Positions 18,392-26,836 of a stretch of DNA of 32,000 nt are shown piece after piece. The DNA comes from Erysipelothrix larvae. Its GTDB lineage: Bacteria > Bacillota_I > Bacilli_A > Erysipelotrichales > Erysipelotrichaceae. The position numbers and the translations under genes were made by a program. The stretch lies in the NCBI RefSeq assembly GCF_001545095.1, contig NZ_CP013213.1, positions 1,050,001 through 1,082,000 of the forward strand. Direction: 5' to 3'. Within the stretch, counting starts at the first letter, position 1. Each line of letters starts with the position of its first letter. The notes below the pieces were generated by a model that saw only the letters and a program-made list of their open reading frames with translations, was not told where the DNA came from and did not search any database.

Positions 18392-19585
18392 ATGGGGAAA
18401 TATAAGTTTAATCGAATTATTACAGTCGTTATGGACTCTGTGGGAGCAGGAGCAGCCCATGATGCAGAAAAGTATGGCGATGCCGGTTCAGATACACTTG
18501 GACACATCGGTGAAGCTGTAGGGGGGCTCAATCTTCCTTACCTTCAAAATTTAGGCCTTGGAAATCTACATCCAATCAAGGGTGTTGATCCTGTAGAAAA
18601 ACCACACGGATATTATACGAAACTTGTTGAAACTTCTGCAGGAAAAGATACGATGACTGGTCACTGGGAATTAATGGGCTTATTCATCGATGAACCTTTT
18701 ATTACATTTACTGAGACAGGATTTCCACAAGATTTACTGGATGAACTTTCATCGCGAACAGGGTATGGCATTATTGGAAATAAAGCTGCGAGTGGCACTG
18801 AAATCTTAGATGAGCTTGGTGAAGAACACATGGCAACTAAAAAGATGATTGTTTACACCTCTGCTGACTCTGTACTGCAAATTGCAGCTCATGAAGAAGT
18901 GTTTGGTTTGGATGAATTGTATCGCGCATGTGAAATTGCACGTGAACTCACAATGAAACCTGAATGGAAGGTTGGACGTGTCATTGCACGGCCGTTTATC
19001 GGTGACAAAAAAGGTGCGTTTACACGTACTTCAAATAGACATGATTATGCTTTGAAGCCATTTGGGAAAACAGAGTTAGATCATTTGAAAGATGCTGGCT
19101 TGGATGTAATCAGTGTTGGGAAAATTATTGATATCTTTGATGGTGAAGGAATTACAGATTACCATCGATCCAAGAGCAATTTCCATGGAATGGAACAAAC
19201 CATCGATATTGTTAAGAACACTGATTTTACAGGATTGATGTTTGTTAATCTTGTTGATTTTGATGCACTTTGGGGTCATCGTAGAAATCCTGAAGGATAT
19301 GCAAAACAATTAGAGGAATTTGACGGACAATTAGCAGAACTTCTTGCGTCACTTAGAAATGATGATTTACTCATCATAACTGCAGATCATGGTAATGATC
19401 CAACACATCCTGGAACCGATCATACACGTGAAGAAGTACCGGTGCTATACTACTCACCATCATTCACGCATTTTGGTCCACTTAAAGATAAAGGATTCTT
19501 TGCTGACATTGCACAAACAATTGCGGATAACTTCAATACAGCTAAACCTGAATATGGGACATCAGTATTGGATGAACTAATATAA
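18392..19585 (+). CDS. deoB: phosphopentomutase
   Basis: Alkaline-phosphatase-superfamily metal-site motifs are present ([27 protein letters not shown]). The length of 397 aa is typical. Confidence 0.93.
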   Translation: MGKYKFNRIITVVMDSVGAGAAHDAEKYGDAGSDTLGHIGEAVGGLNLPYLQNLGLGNLHPIKGVDPVEKPHGYYTKLVETSAGKDTMTGHWELMGLFIDEPFITFTETGFPQDLLDELSSRTGYGIIGNKAASGTEILDELGEEHMATKKMIVYTSADSVLQIAAHEEVFGLDELYRACEIARELTMKPEWKVGRVIARPFIGDKKGAFTRTSNRHDYALKPFGKTELDHLKDAGLDVISVGKIIDIFDGEGITDYHRSKSNFHGMEQTIDIVKNTDFTGLMFVNLVDFDALWGHRRNPEGYAKQLEEFDGQLAELLASLRNDDLLIITADHGNDPTHPGTDHTREEVPVLYYSPSFTHFGPLKDKGFFADIAQTIADNFNTAKPEYGTSVLDELI

Positions 19586-19588
19586 GAT

Positions 19589-19631
19589 AAAAAAGGTGGA
19601 ATCATTTTAAATAATGTGATTCTACCTTTTT
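19589..19631. terminator. bidirectional intrinsic terminator between convergent deoB and pepD
   Basis: The sequence is AAAAAAGGTGGAATCA-(12 nt)-TGATTCTACCTTTTT. It forms an 11-bp stem with one G-U pair, flanked by an A-tract on the left and a T-tract on the right. Confidence 0.7.
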
Positions 19632-19637
19632 GCTATA

Positions 19638-21074
19638 TTATTGATTGAAGGTGTTCAGTGACTTCATGAATGCAAGAATAAATTCATAGGTTCTTTCAAA
19701 TGACGCGAGGTCAAGATGTTCAGAAGGGGTATGAATATCATACATAAGGGGACCGATATTGACGATATCAAGCGCAGGCATCTTATCTTTAAAGATTCCC
19801 AGCTCAAGCCCACCATGTGTTGCTTCTTCAACAATTTCATAACCTCGAAGCTCAAAGAACACATCCTTAAGCTGTTTTCTTAGTTTCGAATCCTTATCAT
19901 AGTTCCAACCAGGATAATGGGCCGTAACATCGATTTGCACCCCTAAATTATCGGTAATCCATTGAACCTGTCTCATTAAGTTATCCAAGACGAATGCTTG
20001 GGTTGCGCGAACAGAAAGGAGTATTTCAAGTTGATTATTTTCAAGTGCGATCTTTCCAATGTTTGCTGAAGCAATTACTAAATCTTTGATTGCCATACTC
20101 TTATGAATCACGCCATAGGGTAACATAAACAAAAGATCAATTATCTTTTGAGTACTTTGCTTACTCAGGACTCTATGTGATTGGCCATCTGAGATAGAGA
20201 TTTCTAAACCAGGATCACTGAATTGAAACTGAAATTTTAATTCATCGATGATTGAATCTATCCATTGCTTAAAGGGTTCAATCAGTTCATTATTCAGTGC
20301 AATTTCAAAATCTACTTCGCGACAAATAGCGTTAACTTTTAAGCCGCCTTCAATATCCACAAGGCGAATCTCAAATTTATCCAAGGCACGTCGTAAGATA
20401 AACCCTGCGATTTTCAATGCGTTTCCATATTCTTTATCAATATCGATTCCTGAATGACCGCCTAGAAGCCCACGGATGCTAATCTGAAGTGTTTCATAAG
20501 AGGTTGCTTCATAATCGATTGGAGCGATGAGTCTGCTGTACACGCCACCTGTTGATGATACACAAACGATATTCTCACCACCACTATCAAGACCCAGCAT
20601 TAATTCTGACTTTAAACCTGACATATCTAAGTTTTCAGCGCCAATAAGACCGACTTCTTCTTGCACAGTGAAGACACATTCAAGGGCAGGGTGATGAATT
20701 TGTGTGTCTTCAAGGATTGCGAGCATATAAGCAACACCAACACCGTCATCAGCGCCTAATGTTGTATTATTTGCCCACAAATGTCCATCCCTAACACATA
20801 ATGAAAGGGGGTCTATACTAAAATCATGGTTGCTTGATTTATTCTTCTCTGCGACCATGTCCATGTGACCTTGAAGTAATAATGTTGGAACATCTTCATA
20901 TCCAGGTGTTGCTTGTTTCTTGATGATAACGTTAAAGTGTTCATCTTGGATGGTTTCAAGTCCTAAACGCAAACCAAAATCAACAATAAAATTACTAATG
21001 CGTTCTTCGTCAAAAGAAGCACGGGGTATTTCACTAATTTGTTTAAATAGTTCAATGATTCTAGATTCTGCCAT
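19638..21074 (-). CDS. pepD: aminoacyl-histidine dipeptidase (M20 family, PepD-like)
   Basis: 478 aa with the N-terminal pattern ...F..IS.IPR.S..E..I..F... and the metal-binding motifs LQGHMDMV and GADDGVGVA typical of PepD. The RBS AAAGGAGG is present. Confidence 0.85.
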   Translation of the reverse strand: MAESRIIELFKQISEIPRASFDEERISNFIVDFGLRLGLETIQDEHFNVIIKKQATPGYEDVPTLLLQGHMDMVAEKNKSSNHDFSIDPLSLCVRDGHLWANNTTLGADDGVGVAYMLAILEDTQIHHPALECVFTVQEEVGLIGAENLDMSGLKSELMLGLDSGGENIVCVSSTGGVYSRLIAPIDYEATSYETLQISIRGLLGGHSGIDIDKEYGNALKIAGFILRRALDKFEIRLVDIEGGLKVNAICREVDFEIALNNELIEPFKQWIDSIIDELKFQFQFSDPGLEISISDGQSHRVLSKQSTQKIIDLLFMLPYGVIHKSMAIKDLVIASANIGKIALENNQLEILLSVRATQAFVLDNLMRQVQWITDNLGVQIDVTAHYPGWNYDKDSKLRKQLKDVFFELRGYEIVEEATHGGLELGIFKDKMPALDIVNIGPLMYDIHTPSEHLDLASFERTYEFILAFMKSLNTFNQ

Positions 21075-21272
21075 AAGAATCCTCCTTTACTGATGTTGTA
21101 ATTATTATATCGTATCTAGGAAATTGAATTCTATTAACTACAAATCGAGATTCACATGAATAATAGAGAATAATGAAAGAATTTAGACTAAAATGATTCA
21201 CAATCTATTTAGGGGGCTTGAAGGAACCTAAAGGATCTGATTAAGATGTATTAGTGATAAATTATTATCCAA

Positions 21273-21300
21273 AACTTACATAATATACATTATACGAAGT
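21273..21300 (-). other. dif: candidate chromosome dimer resolution site dif (XerC/XerD recombination site)
   Basis: The minus strand reads ACTTCGTATAA-TGTATA-TTATGTAAGTT, an 11-6-11 architecture. As I recall the reference sites, it matches B. subtilis dif (ACTTCCTAGAATATATATTATGTAAACT) at 23 of 28 positions. It matches E. coli dif (GGTGCGCATAATGTATATTATGTTAAAT) at 21 of 28, including 16 contiguous identities (ATAATGTATATTATGT). The site is intergenic and close to the only strand switch in the window. Confidence 0.7.
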
Positions 21301-21329
21301 AATGAAATGCTTTGATGAACTCATATGTC

Positions 21330-21361
21330 CAAAATAAAAGAACTGTAATGACACAGTTCTT
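21330..21361 (-). terminator. intrinsic terminator of the mtl-type operon
   Basis: The minus strand reads AAGAACTGT-GTCATT-ACAGTTCTT followed by TTATTTTGG. It begins 10 nt after the stop of the dehydrogenase gene. Confidence 0.65.
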
Positions 21362-21371
21362 GCTTACTATC

Positions 21372-22631
21372 TTAAACGTTGAAGTAATTTAAGAGATAAT
21401 GTTCAGCTTCTTTATTCCAAAGTCCATTATATTTTTCGCATAATAGATCTAACGCTTTAAATAATTCGTTGTCTTGACCCAATGCTTTAAAATCTTCAAT
21501 CGCTGTCAATGGCAGTTCTATATGTGTATAGATTAATTTCTTACCACCAGGAATGTTTGGAAGATTCTTGGTTGTTTCACCAGCACTGTTTAAACCACCA
21601 ATATGTGTGATCATTAAGGATGGATTAATCAGACCTTTGCTTGCTAAATCAAGTGCTTCAATTAAATCATCATTATTACCACCAGTTGTACCCATGATAT
21701 GTGTACTAGTATAATGCACATCATAGAGATTTATGTTTGCTAAGAAGTTTTTGTCGGTTGGTCCTGCAAAGACATTTAAACATCCGTCAAAGGCCAAGAG
21801 TCGATTTCCTTGTTCAGCTAAATCTTTCACTGGAACATACACAAATACATCATCATAGCCGTGTCCGTTTGTCAGGTCCATGAGTGCTTGTTCGTCATCG
21901 TCATAATCATTTGGATTAAAATAGACTAATTCAATCCCTTTTTCTTTCATTTTTGTTTCAGGAAGGACTTTCTTAGCACGGTCAAGGCGATCTTGACTAA
22001 TATCGGTTACAACCACCATTTTTGGTTTCTTTTCTAGAGCACCAGCATAATCAATTGCTCCAAGACCCATCGGGCCAGTTCCACCTAAAATTAGAAGATA
22101 TCCCCCCTCTTTTATCCCCATTTCGTGGTCGTAGTTTCTTTTATTGGTATGATAATTTGCGTTAAACCCACCAATTACACACGACATAGGTTCTCCTAAA
22201 CTTGCACTATAATATGAATCCCCTTCATATACCATAAGGCATCCAAGTTCCATAACTTCTTGTGGGATGATGCAATACGTGCAATCCCCGCCAAAATATG
22301 GGTATGAATAGCCAGGTGATGCTAAGCTGCCTTTGTAATTTAATGCCGGTTGTTGCGCAAATTTTTGACCGGGTTTAAATTGGTCTTGCCATTTCTTGCC
22401 TACCTTAATAATATCTCCTGCAAACTCATGACCTAAAATAATTGGGTTTTCATGAACATTATCTGGCACACGTTTGTGATTCGCACCTTGAATGATTGTT
22501 TTATATGAGGACATGCAAATGCTGTCTGACACAACTTTTACTAAGATCTCATCGTCTTTTATTTCAGGCAATTCAAAAGTTTCAAGACGAACGTCATTAA
22601 CACCATAAAGGCGTACTGCTTTTGTTTCCAT
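21372..22631 (-). CDS. Zn-dependent medium-chain (MDR) polyol-phosphate dehydrogenase/reductase, possibly sorbose-1-phosphate-reductase-like, in the mtlD position
   Basis: Catalytic-zinc ligand motifs (SDSICMSS, LGHEFAG) and the Rossmann motif LILGGTGPMGLGAI are present. At 419 aa it carries a C-terminal extension beyond a typical MDR. It is the last gene of the mtlA-mtlR-mtlF operon. It shows no resemblance to the long-chain mannitol-1-P dehydrogenase family. Confidence 0.7.
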   Translation of the reverse strand: METKAVRLYGVNDVRLETFELPEIKDDEILVKVVSDSICMSSYKTIIQGANHKRVPDNVHENPIILGHEFAGDIIKVGKKWQDQFKPGQKFAQQPALNYKGSLASPGYSYPYFGGDCTYCIIPQEVMELGCLMVYEGDSYYSASLGEPMSCVIGGFNANYHTNKRNYDHEMGIKEGGYLLILGGTGPMGLGAIDYAGALEKKPKMVVVTDISQDRLDRAKKVLPETKMKEKGIELVYFNPNDYDDDEQALMDLTNGHGYDDVFVYVPVKDLAEQGNRLLAFDGCLNVFAGPTDKNFLANINLYDVHYTSTHIMGTTGGNNDDLIEALDLASKGLINPSLMITHIGGLNSAGETTKNLPNIPGGKKLIYTHIELPLTAIEDFKALGQDNELFKALDLLCEKYNGLWNKEAEHYLLNYFNV

Positions 22632-22652
22632 AGTATGTCTCCTTTTTTTTGA

Positions 22653-23075
22653 CTATTTTCCGTTCAGGATTTGGATTATTTCTTCTTTTGACTCAGCATT
22701 TGTGATTCTTTTGACGTTGTCTTCATTTGAACACACAATCGCGATTTGAGACAAAATATCCATATGTGTATTGTTTTTTCCAGCAATTCCAAAAATAACG
22801 GTTGCACATTCTCCATTATATTCGATACCTTGCGGTACTTGTAAGACGACAATTCCTGATTTTAAGATAAAGTCACGTGCTTCATCTGTACCATGTGGTA
22901 TCGCAACACCGTTTCCGATGTAAGTTGTTGTTAGGATATCTCTTTGGATCATTGTTTCTATATATGGTTCCACAACATAACCCCGTTCAACAAGTTTGCG
23001 TCCTGCATATCGGATTGAGTCTTCCTTAGTTTGAAACGCCATGTTGAGTTCGATATCTTGAAATGTAATTTCCAT
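22653..23075 (-). CDS. mtlF: PTS EIIA component, mannitol/fructose (EIIA-2) family
   Basis: 140 aa with the phosphorylation-site motif GNGVAIPHGT. Confidence 0.88.
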   Translation of the reverse strand: MEITFQDIELNMAFQTKEDSIRYAGRKLVERGYVVEPYIETMIQRDILTTTYIGNGVAIPHGTDEARDFILKSGIVVLQVPQGIEYNGECATVIFGIAGKNNTHMDILSQIAIVCSNEDNVKRITNAESKEEIIQILNGK

Positions 23076-23077
23076 CT

Positions 23078-25138
23078 CTATACTCCTTTTTGTATAAATC
23101 CTCTATATCTCGACACGAGATACGTTGTAATTTCGTTTTGATCACCCATTTCAAATATGCCTGGAGCTTCTTCATTGTCGATGATGAGCGAACTGGTAAA
23201 ACTTAAGAGTTCCAATTCGTATTGCTCAAGTTTCTCAGGTGCTAACAAGAGAATAAAGGTATTAACCCAGTGATTTCGATTATCCAATCCCAGAATTTGA
23301 ATGGGTTGAGTCAATGGAAATACTTTTAGGGTTGATTTTTTTATTCCTGCAGACCTTTCATGAAAAAAAGCAAGGTGTGTATTTGGAATGGCGAAACTGT
23401 TTTTGTGTCCCCCGTTAAGCATCGATTTCACAACAAGTTCTGGTTCTGATTCACTTTGAGTCATTGCAACTAAACACATTGCACGTATGTAATCTTCAAT
23501 TGAATTGGAGTTGACAGTCAACATACGAACTTCAAAGTCTTCAATTAGTTGAGACATGAGTGTGGATGTTTTGGAAAGTGTTTCAAAATAATCCATCGCT
23601 TCATTGAGCGATACTGACTGAGGTGTTTCATAGCGCAAACTGTTAACATTCATCAAGGATAAGTGTGATGTGATGTTCTCAATATCCTGATTTGATAGAA
23701 TGGGACTCACAAGGAGATAGTCAAAGTTTACATTACCAAGATCTAGTGTTGAAATGATGATATCGTATAACTGATGGTCATCACGCTGAAGTACATCAAA
23801 TACTGAAGTTGTTTTAAGCTTAGAAAACTGTGGGAATGTCTTTTGAATGCGCGTTAAGAGCATTTTAGAGGTTCCAATACCGCTTGAACACACAATCAAA
23901 CACGAGAACTTTTTCTTCTGAGATTGAATTATTGCTGCACCAAAGTGTAATACGAGGTAACCAATTTCATCCTCATTGACATAAATATCAACGAATATAT
24001 CTTCCACTGCTTTAGAGATTGTATTAAACAATAGACCATGTTCTTCCTTAATTGAGTCAATCAATGGATTGGAGATCATCATGTTTTGATCCAGTCTTCT
24101 GAGCGCGCTTCTTAAGTGTGTGATGAGTCCTTTTAATAGTGTTTCGTCGTTAAAGTGATAGTCCAGGTCGTTTTGAATGCGATGAATCAGCTTTTGAGCA
24201 AGATTCGTTGCACGCATCGTATCCCGTTCAATAAGATGGTGTGAATCCTTGAGTTTAGCACTTCTCAGGTATTGAGCGACATAAATAATCTCATTTTCAG
24301 GGAGATCAGTTTGTGGTGTGTCCATGATGTTTGAGAGTATCTGAATTGCATCCTGGTATTCATCGGATTCAACGATATCTTCAATATTAGTATCATACAC
24401 TTTGACAAGTTCTTGTTCCTTAATCCGTTCTACTGCAATAGATACATGAACCAATAAGGTAAAATAGGATTCATCTGCTAATTTATATTCTTGTGTCTCA
24501 TGCCATTTTTTAAGTTCTTGGTCAACAATAATTAATCGATTGTCATCAATTAAGCCCAAGAGTCTGTCTTTTATAAAGAGTCGATTCGTATCTGTATCGT
24601 TTTGATATAAGAATTGAACAAGAAGCGGCGTTGAAATGGTGTTATGGACCATATTCCGAATAATCGTTCGTTTTTCGATTTCAGTCGCAATTAGTGAGAT
24701 GCCTGTGCCCCTTTTTGTATCAATCTTGATGGATTGCCCATATTCATCTTTAATTTTTAAAAGGTCAGCACGAATTGTTGACTCCGTAACATTTAATTCA
24801 TTTGCAAGGGATGTGATTGTGAGCGTATCGTTTGATTTTATGAGTTGCTTAAGGATAAAGTTTTGACGTTCAAGTGGGGTAAATTCACTATAGGATAGGT
24901 CAAATAAGTGCCATTTAAATGTTTGAATGTTTTTCTCTAAACCATCGATGCTTAAGGTGTTGTTTCTTATTATAAGTTTCAGATCGTAATCAGTACATAT
25001 TGATGTTATTTCGTCTAAATCACGTCGAATCGTTCGACTACTAACTCCCAATGTTTTAGCCATCGTATCGATTGATATTGGAAAACTCGATACGAGCAAT
25101 TTTTCAAGGATTAATCGTCCCCGAGCAGAAACTAACAT
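23078..25138 (-). CDS. mtlR: MtlR-type PRD-containing transcriptional activator
   Basis: 686 aa. It has an N-terminal winged-HTH (TMAKTLGVSSRTIRRDLDEI), Mga-like and PRD regions, an EIIB(Gat)-like domain with the Cys motif LIVCSSGIGTSKML, and a C-terminal EIIA(Mtl)-like domain. It lies between mtlA and mtlF, as in Geobacillus and Streptococcus mtl operons. Confidence 0.85.
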   Translation of the reverse strand: MLVSARGRLILEKLLVSSFPISIDTMAKTLGVSSRTIRRDLDEITSICTDYDLKLIIRNNTLSIDGLEKNIQTFKWHLFDLSYSEFTPLERQNFILKQLIKSNDTLTITSLANELNVTESTIRADLLKIKDEYGQSIKIDTKRGTGISLIATEIEKRTIIRNMVHNTISTPLLVQFLYQNDTDTNRLFIKDRLLGLIDDNRLIIVDQELKKWHETQEYKLADESYFTLLVHVSIAVERIKEQELVKVYDTNIEDIVESDEYQDAIQILSNIMDTPQTDLPENEIIYVAQYLRSAKLKDSHHLIERDTMRATNLAQKLIHRIQNDLDYHFNDETLLKGLITHLRSALRRLDQNMMISNPLIDSIKEEHGLLFNTISKAVEDIFVDIYVNEDEIGYLVLHFGAAIIQSQKKKFSCLIVCSSGIGTSKMLLTRIQKTFPQFSKLKTTSVFDVLQRDDHQLYDIIISTLDLGNVNFDYLLVSPILSNQDIENITSHLSLMNVNSLRYETPQSVSLNEAMDYFETLSKTSTLMSQLIEDFEVRMLTVNSNSIEDYIRAMCLVAMTQSESEPELVVKSMLNGGHKNSFAIPNTHLAFFHERSAGIKKSTLKVFPLTQPIQILGLDNRNHWVNTFILLLAPEKLEQYELELLSFTSSLIIDNEEAPGIFEMGDQNEITTYLVSRYRGFIQKGV

Positions 25139-25161
25139 GTGTCACACCCCTTATGAAATCA

Positions 25162-26538
25162 TTATTTTTTTAATGAGTTAACTAAATCAGTATATTCTCC
25201 TTCACTTAAGAAGTTTGTTACAGTAATGACATGTGCACCTGGACGTTTATCAAGGACACGGTCTTTTAAATCTACATGCGTTACAATGATGTCTCCATCA
25301 TTTGGTAATTGTGAAATTGCAGCATTTGTCACCTCAATATCAAGTCCAGCATTCTTAATTTTGTTTCTAAGAACAGAAGCTCCCATAGCGCTTGAACCCA
25401 TACCTGCATCACATGCAAAGATAATTTTCTTTATTGAAGATGGAGTGAGTTGAACTTTTGATTGCGCTTTTGCTGATTGAACATTTTGAGTTGCAGTTTC
25501 AAGTGACATTTCTGAGTCTTTTGATCGTCTTAAGATGACTGCAGAAACAATAAATGAAACAGTTGCTGATAATATCACACTTAGTATAACACCAATGTAT
25601 GAGTTTCTTTCTGTCATTGCTAGGATTGCAAAGATGCTTCCTGGTGACGCTGCAGCAACAAGACCTGCATTCGTAATCGATAGTGTAAATACGCCTACCA
25701 TACCACCAGAAATTGCTGCAAGCAAGAGAATTGGGTTCATCAAAATATATGGGAAGTAAATTTCATGAATTCCACCTAAGAAATGAATGATAATCGCACC
25801 TGGTGCGGTTTGTTTAGCTGTCCCCTTACCAAATAATGTATAAGCAACCAAAATTCCAAGACCAGGGCCAGGGTTTGCTTCTACAAGATAGAGCAATGAT
25901 TTACCATGTTCCGCAACTTGGTCGAGTGCGATTGGTCCCAAAACTCCATGATTAATTGCATTGTTCAAGAAGAGTACTTTTGCGGGTTCCACAAAAATGC
26001 TAACCAGTGGCAATAAACTATTTGAAATTAAGAGGTCAGCACCATTGGCCATAAAGTTGTTGAGCTGTTCAACAGCAGGTCCAATAATAATGAGTGAACA
26101 AACTGCAAGGATTCCTCCTAAGATTCCTGAAGAAAAGTTATTGATAAGCATTTCAAATCCAGCTGGGATTTTCCCTTCAACAAGTCCGTCAAATTTCTTT
26201 AGTAGCCATGCTGAGAATGGCCCCATAATCATTGCACCTAAGAACATTGGAATCGAAGATCCAACAATTAACCCCATCGTTACGGTTGAAGCGATGACGC
26301 CTCCACGTGTATCGTAGATTAGTTTACCACCAGTATACCCAATCAATACCGGTAGGAGGTATTTAATCATAGGGTCTACTAGTTGAGCAAGATGTTCATT
26401 TGGAGCCCATCCAGTTGCGATAAAGAGTGCTGTAATAAGACCCCAAGCAATGAATGCACCGATATTTGGCATAACCATTCCACTGAGGTAGCTTCCAAAG
26501 CGTTGCACTTTCACTTTTAAACTTTTGTTTTCTGACAT
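25162..26538 (-). CDS. mtlA: PTS mannitol-family EIICB component
   Basis: A polytopic EIIC domain is joined to a C-terminal EIIB domain with the phospho-Cys motif FACDAGMGSSAMG. I prefer the ATG at 26538 (MSENK...), which lies 6 nt after AAGGAG, over the upstream ATG at 26571. Confidence 0.9.
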   Translation of the reverse strand: MSENKSLKVKVQRFGSYLSGMVMPNIGAFIAWGLITALFIATGWAPNEHLAQLVDPMIKYLLPVLIGYTGGKLIYDTRGGVIASTVTMGLIVGSSIPMFLGAMIMGPFSAWLLKKFDGLVEGKIPAGFEMLINNFSSGILGGILAVCSLIIIGPAVEQLNNFMANGADLLISNSLLPLVSIFVEPAKVLFLNNAINHGVLGPIALDQVAEHGKSLLYLVEANPGPGLGILVAYTLFGKGTAKQTAPGAIIIHFLGGIHEIYFPYILMNPILLLAAISGGMVGVFTLSITNAGLVAAASPGSIFAILAMTERNSYIGVILSVILSATVSFIVSAVILRRSKDSEMSLETATQNVQSAKAQSKVQLTPSSIKKIIFACDAGMGSSAMGASVLRNKIKNAGLDIEVTNAAISQLPNDGDIIVTHVDLKDRVLDKRPGAHVITVTNFLSEGEYTDLVNSLKK

Positions 26539-26619
26539 TGTCTTCTCCTTTGAATCTATTGGTAGATTCATATTATTTTGAAGATGGTACCTTACTTCAC
26601 TTATATTGTAAGGAACTTT

Positions 26620-26648
26620 AATTTATAAAACAAATATGATTTTGGCAA
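26620..26648 (-). promoter_or_regulatory. candidate mtlA promoter
   Basis: On the minus strand, TTGCCA (26648-26643) is followed by a 17-nt spacer and TAAATT. TATAAA or ATAAAT are alternatives with 15- or 16-nt spacers. The -35 element overlaps the candidate MtlR operator. Confidence 0.3.
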
Positions 26649-26662
26649 TGGCAGTGTGACAA
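26642..26662 (-). promoter_or_regulatory. candidate MtlR operator
   Basis: The minus strand reads TTGTCACA-CTGCC-ATTGCCAA. This resembles the B. subtilis MtlR operator consensus TTGNCACA-N4-TGTGNCAA as I recall it. One half-site is perfect, the other is degenerate, and the spacer is one nt longer. Confidence 0.35.
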
Positions 26663-26794
26663 TAGTACTATTAATCTAGAATATTAATATTTATGTGTCC
26701 CCCCAGAGATTATCATAAAATACATTTATAGGTAAATTATAAACGAGAATCGGATAAATTTGAATCATGAATTTTAAGTGAGGTGTTGAGACAT

Positions 26795-26822
26795 GAAAAA
26801 AAGTTGCAGTAAATCTGCAACT
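26795..26822 (-). terminator. intrinsic terminator after the Zn-metallopeptidase gene
   Basis: The minus strand reads AGTTGCAG-ATTTA-CTGCAACT followed by TTTTTTT. Confidence 0.65.
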
Positions 26823-26836
26823 TTTAGTATCCATAT

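Noticed and set aside
21075-21272. The pepD upstream region: a TATAAT on the minus strand (plus-strand 21104-21109) as a promoter, and several very short ORFs.
   Set aside because: No acceptable -35 element or TG extension lies at the right distance, so the promoter call would be weak. The mini-ORFs (at most 8 aa) lack an RBS.
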